Shown: piece after piece, positions 40,450 to 51,018 of the stretch
How positions within the stretch are numbered: the first letter of the stretch is position 1
Layout: each line of letters starts with the position of its first letter
From: Syntrophaceae bacterium UBA6087
GTDB lineage: Bacteria; Desulfobacterota; Desulfomonilia; UBA1062
Direction of reading: 5' to 3'
Length of the DNA stretch: 64,000 nt
Assembly (NCBI GenBank): GCA_002448235.1
Contig: DIXF01000002.1
Span: 249,706 to 313,705, forward strand
Notes under the pieces: generated by a model
The model's input: the letters and a program-made list of their open reading frames with translations, nothing else
Told to the model about the DNA's origin: nothing
Databases searched by the model: none
Program-made: the position numbers and the translations under genes

Positions 40450-42897
40450 TTATAGAAATGTAAAGCATTCTCGGTTGAGCGCCCGGTTGACGGTTTCGGA
40501 CAGAAGCGACGAGGTGAAGGGCTTGGAAAGATACGAAAAAAAGCTTATCTGGCGGGATTGAAGTTCCTGCAGCGCCTCTTCCGATCCGGAACAGATGATG
40601 ACAGGGAGGTCTTTGCGCACATCGACCATCCTTGAGGCCATTTCGTCGCCGTTCATGACAGGCATGATCTGGTCCGTGATGAGCAGATCGAACGCCTCGG
40701 GTGTCTTCATGAAGAGATCGAGTGCTTTGATCGAATCGTTCGTCGATGCGACTCTATACCCCATCCGAACCAGCATATGGTGGATGCTGCGGAGCTCTAT
40801 GGCATTATCGTCGACAAGGAGGACCCGTCCTTTCCGGTCTCCGCCGGGGTGGAGTATTTCCGGTGCGGGCTCTTGAGAAGGCTCTTCCTTCTCGGCTGAG
40901 TGCTTCGGGAGGTAGACCTCGAAGGTCGATCCTTTCCGGGGTTTGCTGTGAACAATTATTGAGCCTCCGGCATTCTTGACTACCGCGTGAACGACTCCAA
41001 GCCCCAAGCCCGATCCCTTGCCGGACTTCTTGGTGGTGAAAAGGGGGTCGAAGATTTGCTCCATGACTTCCGAGGACATGCCTGAGCCGGTGTCTTTGAC
41101 CGTGATCTTCAGATAATCACCGGGGCCCAGGATAGAAACGGACGCAGGCGTAGCAGTGTGGACTTGCGTTTCTTCGAGCTTGACCGTGAGAACGCCCTGC
41201 CCCTCTTCCATGGACTGTATCGCGTTCATGCAGAGATTGGCGAGTAGCTGATAGAATTGCGGCGGATCGGTCCTCACGAGGCCCTTGGTTGACGCGATTG
41301 TCTGTCGGAGCGTGATGCGGGCAGGGAGGGACTGGCCGATGATCCTCAATGCGTCCCGCACGACAGGCGCTATGGCCACTGGCTTGAAGAGGACCTTTTT
41401 CCTGACCCCGAACATTTTGATCTGGTTCGTAATATCCTTGCCTATACGTGCCGCCTCCATGATTTGATAGAGGTATTCACGTTCCGGGGCATCCTGGGGC
41501 AGCGAATCCGCAACGAGCTCCGCATTGATGAGGATCGGCTGGAGGATATTGATGAAATCATGGGCAATGCCTCCTGCGAGCATGCCGAGCGCCTCCATCC
41601 TGCGCTTCCGCTCAAGGGCGCTCTGCAGGGCTTTTTCATCCGTAACGTCATGTTCGATAACCGTATAATTCGTAACTGCTCCTCCGTCATCTCCCACAGG
41701 GGAGATGATGATATCCAGTTCGCGTCTGGTGCCGTCATTTCTCGTCCTCTTGATAAAGCCCCTCCAGGGCTTGTCTCCGATCTCCTTCAAGGACAGCACG
41801 CCTTCCTGTACGCCATCGGGGGAGGCGTACTTTTCATACAGCTTGCCGCCCGGTTCCTCGCGGGTGGTTCCCAGCGACCGTTCCGCTGCAGGATTAAGGT
41901 ACTGGATCATCCCGTGCGAATCGAGGATGAGAATGCTTTCGGTGGCGTTCTCAATGGCAGATATGAGGAGCTTTTTTTCCTGCTCGGTTTTCCGGTATGC
42001 GGTTATGTCTACTGATATTCCTCCGATAAATTTCGGGGAATTATTACCGAGTATGGGAAACTTCTGGGTGAAAAACGTCAGTTGCCGGTTCCTGGCGGAA
42101 AACTCTTCAACCGTCTTTAAATCCTTCCCGGTGCTCAGGACAGTTCTATCGCCTTCGTGAATACTTTGGGCAATCTCTCCGGGCCAGAGGTCGGAAGCGG
42201 TTTTCCCGATGCACTCATTGACCTGTATCCCATAGATTCCTTCAATATATCGATTGAGATACAGGAAACGGCCATGCTCATCCTTGAGGTAGACCATGCC
42301 CGGGAAATGGTCCATAAAGAGTGAAAACTGCTCCTCGTTTTGCCGTAAATCTTCTTCCAGGCGTTTTCGTTCTTCAATTTCGAACTTGAGGCGACGGTTG
42401 GTCCTCAGGAGCTGGGCGGTCCGCCGGAGTACTTCCTGCTCCAGAGTCAGGTGGGCATCCTGAAGCACTGCTTCGGCCTCTTGTCTCAACAGCGAGTCTT
42501 TATGGCGTCGAATGACATTGCTCAAGATCACGGGCAGCAGATCCTTATATGCAGCGGAATCTTTTAAGAGATAATCGCACACGCCTTCTTTGAGGGCTTT
42601 GGGGATTTTATTTATCGAATCCTGGGAGGTGATCAGGACGAAGGGCGGCAGCCCGTCTCTTTTCTTTACCTTTCTGAAAAGGTCCAGGCCTGAAAGATCG
42701 GGCAACCCGATGTCCGCAACGACAAGATCGAATGATTCGTTCCGGTCTTTGATCAGACTGAGAGCTTCATCTGCCCGGGCGCACTCACGTATCTCGCAAC
42801 AGAAGCTGCTTTTACCCAGGGCTCGCCGGAACGCAAGGCGGTCCTGTTCGATGTGCTCAATGAGAAGGATGCGCAGCGTGATCTCCGGTTTCGTCAT
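40450..42897 (-). CDS. Hybrid sensor histidine kinase: N-terminal receiver, two PAS domains, HisKA/HATPase_c and a C-terminal receiver. The ORF extends to 43050.
   Basis: Receiver 1 (DLVVADIGLPDLSG). PAS (FMDHFPGMVYLKDEHGRF; SILILDSHGMIQYLN). H-box GIAHDFIN. G-boxes DTGSGMS/GLGLGV. Receiver 2 (LLITDQIMPVMNG). Confidence 0.85.
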   Translation of the reverse strand: MTKPEITLRILLIEHIEQDRLAFRRALGKSSFCCEIRECARADEALSLIKDRNESFDLVVADIGLPDLSGLDLFRKVKKRDGLPPFVLITSQDSINKIPKALKEGVCDYLLKDSAAYKDLLPVILSNVIRRHKDSLLRQEAEAVLQDAHLTLEQEVLRRTAQLLRTNRRLKFEIEERKRLEEDLRQNEEQFSLFMDHFPGMVYLKDEHGRFLYLNRYIEGIYGIQVNECIGKTASDLWPGEIAQSIHEGDRTVLSTGKDLKTVEEFSARNRQLTFFTQKFPILGNNSPKFIGGISVDITAYRKTEQEKKLLISAIENATESILILDSHGMIQYLNPAAERSLGTTREEPGGKLYEKYASPDGVQEGVLSLKEIGDKPWRGFIKRTRNDGTRRELDIIISPVGDDGGAVTNYTVIEHDVTDEKALQSALERKRRMEALGMLAGGIAHDFINILQPILINAELVADSLPQDAPEREYLYQIMEAARIGKDITNQIKMFGVRKKVLFKPVAIAPVVRDALRIIGQSLPARITLRQTIASTKGLVRTDPPQFYQLLANLCMNAIQSMEEGQGVLTVKLEETQVHTATPASVSILGPGDYLKITVKDTGSGMSSEVMEQIFDPLFTTKKSGKGSGLGLGVVHAVVKNAGGSIIVHSKPRKGSTFEVYLPKHSAEKEEPSQEPAPEILHPGGDRKGRVLLVDDNAIELRSIHHMLVRMGYRVASTNDSIKALDLFMKTPEAFDLLITDQIMPVMNGDEMASRMVDVRKDLPVIICSGSEEALQELQSRQISFFSYLSKPFTSSLLSETVNRALNRECFTFL

Positions 42898-43211
42898 CTG
42901 CTCTTGCGTGCGTTCATTTTTCCTGGAGTGTGTTTCATTCCCTCTGGTCCGATCGTTCGCCTCTGCTCTCTTAAGGGAGATTTTTCCGTTATGGAGAAAG
43001 ATCCCCCGGAAGGCCTCATGGCCGGATGCCTGATTGCACATACCATTCAATGCTGTATATCACCCTGAATATTGCAGGCCTTGATGAATGAAGCTTCTGA
43101 AGTATTAAAAATGCTGCAAAATACGAAAAGTGCTCTATCACGGATCGTTCTTCATGGCAAAGAGAAAATATATATGGAATGGAAGGCTTTATCACGAGGG
43201 TATTCATGAAC

Positions 43212-44228
43212 TCAGAAGAAAACCCCTTGAATCTCCCGGCCGCAATTGGCGCATCGCCCGTTTTGCAGATTCCGGGCAACTGTCTCTGCACCCGGCCCCC
43301 TTTTCAGGACGGTTATGCGGCAGTTCGGGCAATTGATGTCCATGGACTCGCCGGGAACATTGCCGGTGTAGATAAAGTGAAGTCCCTGGCGTTTGCCGAT
43401 CTCGTATGCTTCGAGCATTTTCTCGATCGGGGTGGGTCCGGTGGCGGTTGACTTGTATGCGGGGAAGAATCTGCTAATGTGCCAGGGAATGGAAGGATCG
43501 GTTTGAGCGATAAACGAGGCGATATCCGTCAATTCTTCCCGACTGTCGTTGGCGCCCGGAATGATGAGGGTGGTAATCTCTGTCCAGACATCGCTTTCTC
43601 CGAGCAGTTTGATCGTATCCAGAACAGGCTGCAGACGTGCTCTGCACGTTTTCCGATAGAATTCATCACGGAAAGATTTCAGGTCGACGTTGCAGGCATC
43701 GAGATGCGGATGGATGGTTGAAAAAGCCTCGGGCGTCATGTACCCGTTGGATACGAAAATATTGTATAAGCCGCTATCACGTGCAATCCGTGCGGTGTCG
43801 AAGGCATACTCGAAGAAAATGGTAGGCTCGGTATAGGTATATGAAATACTCCTGCACTCAAGCTTCCGGGCATCCTCGACGATCTCCTCAGGGCTGAGCA
43901 AGTAACCGGGAATTTCGTTTCCCTTTTCCTTTGTAACCTGGGAGATTCTCCAGTTCTGGCAGAAGTCGCAGCGGAAATTACAGCCGAAAGCTGCTATGGA
44001 GAAGGTATTCGTACCCGGGAGAAAATGGTAGAGGGGCTTCTTCTCCACCGGGTCTACGTTTGCAGCAACCGCTTCGCCGTAGGCATAGGTGTACAAAGTC
44101 CCTCCCTGGTTCCGGCGGACACCGCAGATGCCGTATCGCTGATCCGCGATCCTGCATCTGTGGCTGCACAGAAAACAGTCGACCCGATCATCCTTACCAC
44201 GGGTGTACAGCATTGCCTCGTGGAGCAT
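43212..44228 (-). CDS. Radical SAM enzyme of the AmmeMemoRadiSam-system type (PflA-like activase family). Start chosen at the internal Met MLHEAMLY.
   Basis: CNFRCDFCQNW CxxxCxxC cluster. Overall collinearity with AmrS/COG1180. C-terminal Cys-rich tail CPNC...CANC. AGGAGGG Shine-Dalgarno. Confidence 0.7.
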   Translation of the reverse strand: MLHEAMLYTRGKDDRVDCFLCSHRCRIADQRYGICGVRRNQGGTLYTYAYGEAVAANVDPVEKKPLYHFLPGTNTFSIAAFGCNFRCDFCQNWRISQVTKEKGNEIPGYLLSPEEIVEDARKLECRSISYTYTEPTIFFEYAFDTARIARDSGLYNIFVSNGYMTPEAFSTIHPHLDACNVDLKSFRDEFYRKTCRARLQPVLDTIKLLGESDVWTEITTLIIPGANDSREELTDIASFIAQTDPSIPWHISRFFPAYKSTATGPTPIEKMLEAYEIGKRQGLHFIYTGNVPGESMDINCPNCRITVLKRGPGAETVARNLQNGRCANCGREIQGVFF

Positions 44229-44366
44229 TCCCTGGCACCCTCCTTCTTTCCCTGAAGAGAATAGATGAATACCTGTATTATTTATACGAGCAGGGATCTG
44301 CTTTCCCAATGTTCCGAGACAGAAAAGAAGAATTGCGGCCTTTGTTTCTCCGGAGCCTGCCGGAGG

Positions 44367-44957
44367 TTAGAGTGCTTCGAGAACGGCCGTTTTCGGGATA
44401 ACGCCTTCCCTGAGAATGACAGGCGGCCAGGAGGTGAGGTCGACCAATGTCGAAGGTTTCCCGCCCGGTGTCTTTCCTCCGTCGAGAATTGCATCGATAT
44501 CGAGGCAGCCGGCAGCGATTTCATCGGGCGTGGTTGCGGGCGCCTCTCCCGCTGGGTTGGCAGAGGTCGACGTTATGGGTCCTGCCGCCCTCGTCAGGGC
44601 AAGTGCCAGGGGATGGGGGGAAACGCGCAGGGCTACCTTTCCTTCCGGGGCAAGGAGAGGGTCGATATGCTCTCCTGCAGGAAGCAGCGCGCTTAAGGGG
44701 CCCGGCCAGAATCGTCCCAGAAACGTCTTTTGCCTTGTATCCATCCCGGCAATGCTGCACGCGGATTCCAGATCGGGCACGAGTATGATCATTCCCTTGG
44801 AGGCATCCCTTCCTTTGGCGCTGATGATCCGCATCAGCCCTTCCGGGTCATCGATGCGGGATCCCAGTCCGTAAAAGGTTTCCGTGGGATAGGCGACGAC
44901 AGAACCCGGCCTTTGGAGGATAAGTGCTATTTCCGATGCATCTGCGGTGATGTGCAT
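44367..44957 (-). CDS. tsaC: L-threonylcarbamoyladenylate synthase (TsaC/YrdC family)
   Basis: YrdC fold motifs (VVAYPTETFYGLG; STSANPAG). 196 aa. Confidence 0.8.
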   Translation of the reverse strand: MHITADASEIALILQRPGSVVAYPTETFYGLGSRIDDPEGLMRIISAKGRDASKGMIILVPDLESACSIAGMDTRQKTFLGRFWPGPLSALLPAGEHIDPLLAPEGKVALRVSPHPLALALTRAAGPITSTSANPAGEAPATTPDEIAAGCLDIDAILDGGKTPGGKPSTLVDLTSWPPVILREGVIPKTAVLEAL

Positions 44958-45448
44958 CAGGAGATTTTCTTGATGCTCTCGTCGGCTTCCAGTACGGTCT
45001 TCTTCATGTCCTGCCGGTATGCCACGAGTTTTTCCTGAAGGCCGGGCTGGGCCAGAGAGAGAACTTCTACGGCCAGGAGGCCTGCATTCTTTGCCCCGGC
45101 TTTGCCGATACCCACGGTGGCGACAGGGATGCCGGGAGGCATCTGGACCATGGAGAGGAGGGCGTCCATGCCGTTCAGTGATGATGCGTCGATGGGTACG
45201 GCGATGACCGGCAGCGTGGTATGCGCTGCGATCACGCCGGCCAGGTGGGCCGACATGCCTGCGCCGGCAACGAAGAGAGAGAAGCCGTTATCTCGTGCCG
45301 ATCTGGTGAACTCCGCAACTTCGTCCGGCGTGCGGTGCGCCGAGAGGATTCTCATTTCAAAGGGTACGCCGAACTGGCGCAAGATCCCCGAGCACTCTTC
45401 CATGACCGGAAGGTCGGACTTGCTTCCCATGAGAATGGCTACTTTCAT
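44957..45448 (-). CDS. purE: N5-carboxyaminoimidazole ribonucleotide mutase (PurE)
   Basis: MGSKSD...VFVAGAGMSAHLAGV...PVIAVP PurE signature. Confidence 0.9.
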   Translation of the reverse strand: MKVAILMGSKSDLPVMEECSGILRQFGVPFEMRILSAHRTPDEVAEFTRSARDNGFSLFVAGAGMSAHLAGVIAAHTTLPVIAVPIDASSLNGMDALLSMVQMPPGIPVATVGIGKAGAKNAGLLAVEVLSLAQPGLQEKLVAYRQDMKKTVLEADESIKKIS

Positions 45449-46725
45449 GTCAACCTCTTGAGGGCCTTATGCCCTATGTCTTTCCGGTAGTGCATATTTT
45501 CGAAGGAAATCCGGGATACTGCCCGGTAGGCCTTGTCGATAGAGGCTTTCAGATTGTCACCGGAAGCGGTCACCCCGAGGACCCTGCCCCCGGACGTGAC
45601 GATCATATCGTCCCGCAGCCTGGTGCCGGCATGGAAAACCTTGACCCCTTCTATCTTCTCCGCCTCTTCGATTCCATCGATGACCTTGCCTTTTTCATAC
45701 GATCCCGGATAACCGCCGGAAGCCAGTACCACGCATACACTCGGGCCTTCTTCCCATACGAGATTCATCCCCTTGATGCTACCGTGATTCGCCACCTCTG
45801 CAAGAACAGGCACGATGTCGCTTTTCAGGCGCATGAGAAGAGGTTGCGTTTCGGGATCCCCCATCCGGGCATTGAATTCCAGAACAAAGGGACCTGTCCG
45901 GGTCATCATGAGACCGGCGTAGATCACTCCGCGATAGACTATCCCGTCATTCTTCATGGTATGGATAAGGGGGTAGAGGATTTTATCGAGCACTTCTCCG
46001 TACGAGCTTTCATCGAGCACCGGCGCGGGAGAATAGGCGCCCATGCCGCCGGTATTCGGCCCCTGGTCGTTGTCGAGGGCCGGCTTGTGATCCTGTGATG
46101 ATGCCAGAGGGATGATATGCTCTCCGTCACAGATCGCGATAAAGGAGGCCTCTTCTCCGATCAGCCGTTCTTCCACTACGATGGATGTCCCTGCGTCCCC
46201 GAAAGATTTTCCGACCAGGATCTCGTCGATTGCGGCCAAGGCTTCATTTTTTGTAGACGTTACGATTACGCCCTTGCCCGCTGCGAGGCCGTCGGCCTTG
46301 ACGACAACGGGGAAATCGACCTCGCGGATATAGTTCCCGGCTTTTACCGCATCGGTGAAGACGCCGAACCGTGCAGTGGGGATCGATGCTTTCTGCATGT
46401 ACTCTTTGGCGAAAATTTTCGACCCCTCAAGCCGGGAGGCCCTTCTTTCCGGGCCGAACACAGGGATATTTTCCGCCTGGAACGCATCGACGATTCCCGC
46501 CACCAGCGGCATTTCGGGACCGACGACAGTGAGATCTACGGCATTGTCCCTGACGAACTTCAGCAATCCCCGGATATCCTCTGCAGGGATGTCCACGCAG
46601 ATGGCATCCCGGGCGATGCCGCCGTTTCCCGGGGCGCAGAATACCTCATCCACGATACCGCTCTTTCCGATCTTCCAGCTCAGGGCGTGTTCCCTACCGC
46701 CCGAGCCTATGACGAGGACCTTCAT
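45445..46725 (-). CDS. purD: Phosphoribosylamine-glycine ligase (PurD)
   Basis: MKVLVIGSGGREHAL N-terminus and the ATP-grasp domain. Confidence 0.9.
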   Translation of the reverse strand: MKVLVIGSGGREHALSWKIGKSGIVDEVFCAPGNGGIARDAICVDIPAEDIRGLLKFVRDNAVDLTVVGPEMPLVAGIVDAFQAENIPVFGPERRASRLEGSKIFAKEYMQKASIPTARFGVFTDAVKAGNYIREVDFPVVVKADGLAAGKGVIVTSTKNEALAAIDEILVGKSFGDAGTSIVVEERLIGEEASFIAICDGEHIIPLASSQDHKPALDNDQGPNTGGMGAYSPAPVLDESSYGEVLDKILYPLIHTMKNDGIVYRGVIYAGLMMTRTGPFVLEFNARMGDPETQPLLMRLKSDIVPVLAEVANHGSIKGMNLVWEEGPSVCVVLASGGYPGSYEKGKVIDGIEEAEKIEGVKVFHAGTRLRDDMIVTSGGRVLGVTASGDNLKASIDKAYRAVSRISFENMHYRKDIGHKALKRLT

Positions 46726-46734
46726 GGTCTCTCC

Positions 46735-48306
46735 CTAGTGCCGGAAGTGGCGCATGCCGGTAAAGATCATGGCCATGTCGTGCTCGTTCGCCGCATCGAT
46801 GACCTCCTGATCCCTAACCGATCCTCCGGGCTGGACAGCCGCAGTGGCCCCTGCCCTGGCAGCCTCGTCAATTCCGTCCCTGAACGGGAAGAACGCATCG
46901 GAGGCAACCACGGAGCCTTTCGTGGAAAGGCCTGCATTGCCGGCCTTGATGATGGCGAGCTTCGAGGAATCCACCCTGCTCATCTGCCCGGCCCCTACGC
47001 CGACAAGCTGATCCTTTGTGGCATAGATGACCGCGTTCGATTTGACGTACTTGACGATCTTCCAGGCAAACTTCAAGGCCTCCATCTCGTCTGCTGTGGG
47101 CTGCCGCTTGGTAACCACCTTTGCCTTATCCAGATCGACGTCGCCTAAGTCGCGGTCCTGAAGCAGGAGGCCTCCGGTGACCCTGCGGGTGAACGGGGTC
47201 TGCTTCTTGGCCGATCTCCCCTTCGTAATCTCCGGGACCTTGAGCAGCCGGATATTTTTCTTCCGGGTCAGTATTTCCAGGGCTTCTTTCGTATAGTCGG
47301 GTGCAATGACCACCTCGGTGAAAACGTCGCCGATGGCTTTGGCCGTTTCCGCGTCCATGACCCTGTTTAAGCCCACGATACCGCCGAAGGCAGAGGTGGC
47401 ATCTACATTAAAGGCATTTGTGTAGGCTTCGGCGAGAGATTTCTCCGACTGGGCTGCGCCGCAGGGATTGCTGTGTTTGAGGATCACGCATGCGGGCTTT
47501 TCGAACTCCATGATGAGATCGAGCGCTGCATCTGCATCCATGATGTTGTTGTACGATAGCTCCTTTCCCCAGAGCTGGTCTGCAGTGGAAATCGAGGGCT
47601 GGTTTATGGCCGTGTCGCTGTAGAAGGCCGCCTTCTGGTGAGGGTTCTCGCCGTAGCGCATGATCTGTCTCCGCTTGTACTGTGCCGTGTAGGTGAGCGG
47701 AAACTGTCCTTCCTCGACATCGATGCCCTGGAGATGGTTGGATATGGCGGCATCATAACGTGCCGTCAGCGAGAAGGCATTACGCGCGAGTTCGAAGTTG
47801 GTCTTCTCGGAGATCTCGCCGCCGGTGCTCTTCATCTCTTCGATGATCTTTGAGTAATCTGCGGGGTCGGTGACTACGCTGACGTAGCGGTAGTTCTTCG
47901 ATGCTGCACGCACCATGGCAGGCCCGCCGATATCGATGTTTTCGATGGCGTCTTCCAGCGACGCTCCTTTTGCAACCGTGTCCTCGAACCGGTAGAGGTT
48001 GACCACAAGCATATCGATGGGCTTGATGCCCTCTTTTTTCATGGATTCCACGTGCTCGGCGTTATCCCTGATGGCGAGCATGCCGCCGTGGACCTTGGGA
48101 TGGAGCGTCTTCAGCCTGCCGTCCATCATTTCAGGAAAGCCGGTATAATCCGAGATGTCCACGACCTTGACGCCGCTTTCCCTCAAGACCTTGGCCGTAC
48201 CGCCGGTCGAGATGATTTCCACGCCGAACGACGCGAGTTGCCGAACAAAATCAACGAGTCCTCCCTTATCCGTAACACTGATCAATGCCCTTCCAATTTT
48301 CGGCAT
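46735..48306 (-). CDS. purH: Bifunctional AICAR transformylase / IMP cyclohydrolase (PurH)
   Basis: MGS-like N-terminus ALISVTDKGG and the AICARFT domain. Confidence 0.9.
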   Translation of the reverse strand: MPKIGRALISVTDKGGLVDFVRQLASFGVEIISTGGTAKVLRESGVKVVDISDYTGFPEMMDGRLKTLHPKVHGGMLAIRDNAEHVESMKKEGIKPIDMLVVNLYRFEDTVAKGASLEDAIENIDIGGPAMVRAASKNYRYVSVVTDPADYSKIIEEMKSTGGEISEKTNFELARNAFSLTARYDAAISNHLQGIDVEEGQFPLTYTAQYKRRQIMRYGENPHQKAAFYSDTAINQPSISTADQLWGKELSYNNIMDADAALDLIMEFEKPACVILKHSNPCGAAQSEKSLAEAYTNAFNVDATSAFGGIVGLNRVMDAETAKAIGDVFTEVVIAPDYTKEALEILTRKKNIRLLKVPEITKGRSAKKQTPFTRRVTGGLLLQDRDLGDVDLDKAKVVTKRQPTADEMEALKFAWKIVKYVKSNAVIYATKDQLVGVGAGQMSRVDSSKLAIIKAGNAGLSTKGSVVASDAFFPFRDGIDEAARAGATAAVQPGGSVRDQEVIDAANEHDMAMIFTGMRHFRH

Positions 48307-48363
48307 AATTGCTCCTTTCGCAGATGTATTAAATAAAGAGAATAACAGGCGGTCGATGAAGAA

Positions 48364-48951
48364 TTAATTGTTGCTCGCTCCGTTAAACCCCACTCTTTGC
48401 ATATAATACCAGGTAAGGAACGGTACTATCCTCTCGAACAACCCCGTGTCAAGATACCCGATATGCTCGACGTGGCTCTTCACCTCTTCACCGGAAATCT
48501 CGCCCGAGATCATCCCGTCTCTGAGGCGGGTAATCCGGTAATAGAGCCTGTCTCTCATAGCGGCATCCTGGATTCGTGAAGATACATACCGGCTCATCTC
48601 GGCAAAAAGACTCTCCATGTCCATGAGTCCCGGCGTACTGGTGCTCTCGGACTCCAATTCATCGATCAATGAAGAAAGGAACGACCTGGCATCTTCGAGA
48701 CCCAATCTGTATGTCTCTTCGACAACGACATCTCCCAGGTCTTCCAGAAACGAGGTGGAAAACTCTATCGCATGAAATTCCTCGACATAAGGATGTTCGT
48801 CCCCCAGGATCTTGGCAAGAACGGAATCAGCCCGCTCCTTCCAGTCGAGGCTTGCTTCCCTCTCGAGAGAGTCCATCAGCAGGCCGTTCACCTCTTCGAA
48901 CAAGTCCTTTATCAGAACGATATACTTGCTGATGCTGCGATTCATCTTCAT
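48364..48951 (-). CDS. Hypothetical acidic protein (about 195 aa); start uncertain
   Basis: Long ORF with coding-like composition and no recognised family. Divergent from the Nudix gene. Confidence 0.5.
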   Translation of the reverse strand: MKMNRSISKYIVLIKDLFEEVNGLLMDSLEREASLDWKERADSVLAKILGDEHPYVEEFHAIEFSTSFLEDLGDVVVEETYRLGLEDARSFLSSLIDELESESTSTPGLMDMESLFAEMSRYVSSRIQDAAMRDRLYYRITRLRDGMISGEISGEEVKSHVEHIGYLDTGLFERIVPFLTWYYMQRVGFNGASNN

Positions 48952-49026
48952 GACGCTATCATACACACCGAGACGCGATACGGTCAAGCCTGTTCATTGA
49001 ATGACATTCATGGTACTATATTTTTT

Positions 49027-49746
49027 ATGTGCTATGAAAACATCGAGTATTTACTTGGAGACAAGGAAGCATTGAAGGAACATATACGGGGTATTTTGAA
49101 ATCGCGGCACAGGAGGGTGATCCCACGGGGAGACTTGAGGGAATCTGCGGTTCTCATTCCCCTTTCCTGGGAAGGAAACGAGCCGTCCATCCTCGTTACC
49201 AAGCGATCCATGGCCGTTGAACATCACAAGGGAGAAATATCCTTTCCCGGAGGGAGGGCGGAGGAGACGGACAAAGATCTCATTTTCACCGCCCTGCGGG
49301 AAGCCGAAGAGGAGATCGGCCTCAATCCAGGCGATGTAGAGATCCTGGGCCTGCTGGATGACCATATCTCCATTGTCGGGTTCCATATCACTCCTGTGGT
49401 AGGCACCGTCCCCAGCCCGTATACCTACACGATCAATTCGGAATCCGAGGTTCTGCTCAGGATCCCTCTTCCGGCAGTCTTGACCGATTCGGCGTGGATG
49501 GCGGAGAAGACAACCTTCATGGGGAGGGAAATCCATATTTATTACCTGGAAATAGATGGAGGGGTCGTCTGGGGGGCAACCGGCAGGATGGTCAAGCATT
49601 TCGCAGACCTTATCGCAGGAAAGACCATACCCTTCTCTCCCGTATCGCAGAAGGCAAAGGCATGGGTCCAGGAACTCCTGGTGCATCAGTCGGGATACGG
49701 CAGTCGCGAGCCGGGGGCCGGCCTTAAGGACTCTGAGCCTGAATAG
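49027..49746 (+). CDS. Nudix hydrolase, CoA pyrophosphatase-like (NudL family)
   Basis: Nudix box GGRAEETDKDLIFTALREAEEEIGL. The upstream CoA-type motif LLTKRS is present as LVTKRS. Confidence 0.8.
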   Translation: MCYENIEYLLGDKEALKEHIRGILKSRHRRVIPRGDLRESAVLIPLSWEGNEPSILVTKRSMAVEHHKGEISFPGGRAEETDKDLIFTALREAEEEIGLNPGDVEILGLLDDHISIVGFHITPVVGTVPSPYTYTINSESEVLLRIPLPAVLTDSAWMAEKTTFMGREIHIYYLEIDGGVVWGATGRMVKHFADLIAGKTIPFSPVSQKAKAWVQELLVHQSGYGSREPGAGLKDSEPE

Positions 49747-49751
49747 CGGCA

Positions 49752-49770
49752 GCCGGACGGCCGGTTTTTT
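49752..49770 (+). terminator. Weak intrinsic terminator after the Nudix gene (short GC stem plus a T6 run)
   Basis: GCCGGacggCCGGTTTTTT read directly. Confidence 0.4.
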
Positions 49771-49981
49771 CAGAGTGCGGCGTGAAGGAGTGTATTTACT
49801 CCGATAAAATAATGTCTTAAGTGATCCTCTATCGAACCGATGAGAATAGGTATGGAGAGGCGCTGGGATACACGAAAGGCCGGATTCCTTGGAGGGCTAA
49901 CCGCCTAAAAGAGCGTCATCTATGGAGAGAAGAGAGCCGTGCAAGGCTGGTTCTCCGGTATCTCCGGCATCTCCATAGTTT

Positions 49982-50875
49982 TTATCCCGAAATGGATCTT
50001 CCCGTCAGAATTTCGTAAGCAGCCAGATATTTACTCGATGTCTTCTTAATGACCTCTTCGGGCAATCTCGGACCCGGGGCTGTCTTGTTCCAGTCAAGGC
50101 TTTCCAGATAATCCCTGACGAACTGTTTGTCGAAGCTGGGCTGGGGCCCTCCCGGCTCATAGACGTCCTTGGGCCAGAACCGTGAGGAGTCGGGTGTCAG
50201 GGCTTCATCTATAAATATCAGCTCGCCGTCCCTGACGCCGAACTCGAACTTTGTATCCGCGATGATGATCCCCTTCTGCAGGGCGTCTTCGGATGCCATG
50301 GTGTAGATTGCGAGCGAGATGTCCCTGACCTGCTTCATGAGGTCTTCCCCCACGAGATTCTCTGCCTGGTCAAAGCTGATGTTCTCGTCGTGCAGACCCT
50401 GCTCTGCTTTCGTAGAGGGGGTAAATATGGGCTCCGGAAGCCTTTCTGACTCTTTGAGTCCCTTGGGAAGTTCGATCCCAGAAACGGACCCGGTACCCTT
50501 GTATTCCTTCCATCCTGAGCCGGAAATATATCCCCGGACTATGCATTCGACAGGCAGGGGTTTCGCCTTTCTCACCAGCATGGACCTTCCCTTGAGACTT
50601 ATATCACCCCTAAACGGCTCGGGATACTTATTTACGTCCGAGGTCACGACATGATTATCGATGAGATGGGAGGCCTTCCTGAACCAGAACAGCGAGATCT
50701 GATTCAATACATGCCCCTTGGTAGGGATAGGATCGGGCAACACGACGTCGAAGGCTGAGATCCTGTCCGTGGTAACGATCAGGAGGTGGTCGTTGTCGGC
50801 TTCGAAAATTTCCCGGACTTTTCCGCTGGCGATTTTCCTGCTTCCGGGGATAGTATAGTCGACCAGAGTTTCCAT
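49982..50875 (-). CDS. purC: SAICAR synthetase (PurC)
   Basis: GKVREIF...[12 protein letters not shown] PurC signature. Confidence 0.9.
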   Translation of the reverse strand: METLVDYTIPGSRKIASGKVREIFEADNDHLLIVTTDRISAFDVVLPDPIPTKGHVLNQISLFWFRKASHLIDNHVVTSDVNKYPEPFRGDISLKGRSMLVRKAKPLPVECIVRGYISGSGWKEYKGTGSVSGIELPKGLKESERLPEPIFTPSTKAEQGLHDENISFDQAENLVGEDLMKQVRDISLAIYTMASEDALQKGIIIADTKFEFGVRDGELIFIDEALTPDSSRFWPKDVYEPGGPQPSFDKQFVRDYLESLDWNKTAPGPRLPEEVIKKTSSKYLAAYEILTGRSISG

Positions 50876-51018
50876 AACTCCTCCTTAGGGAAAAATAGAC
50901 GGTTAAGATGCCAAAAAAGTATTGAAAAAGTCAATAGCCTATTATACATTGTCGACCTTTGAGAAAGGCGTAAGAGGCAAGAAGATTTGCACGCGTATAT
51001 GCGATCGACGAGGCAGCA

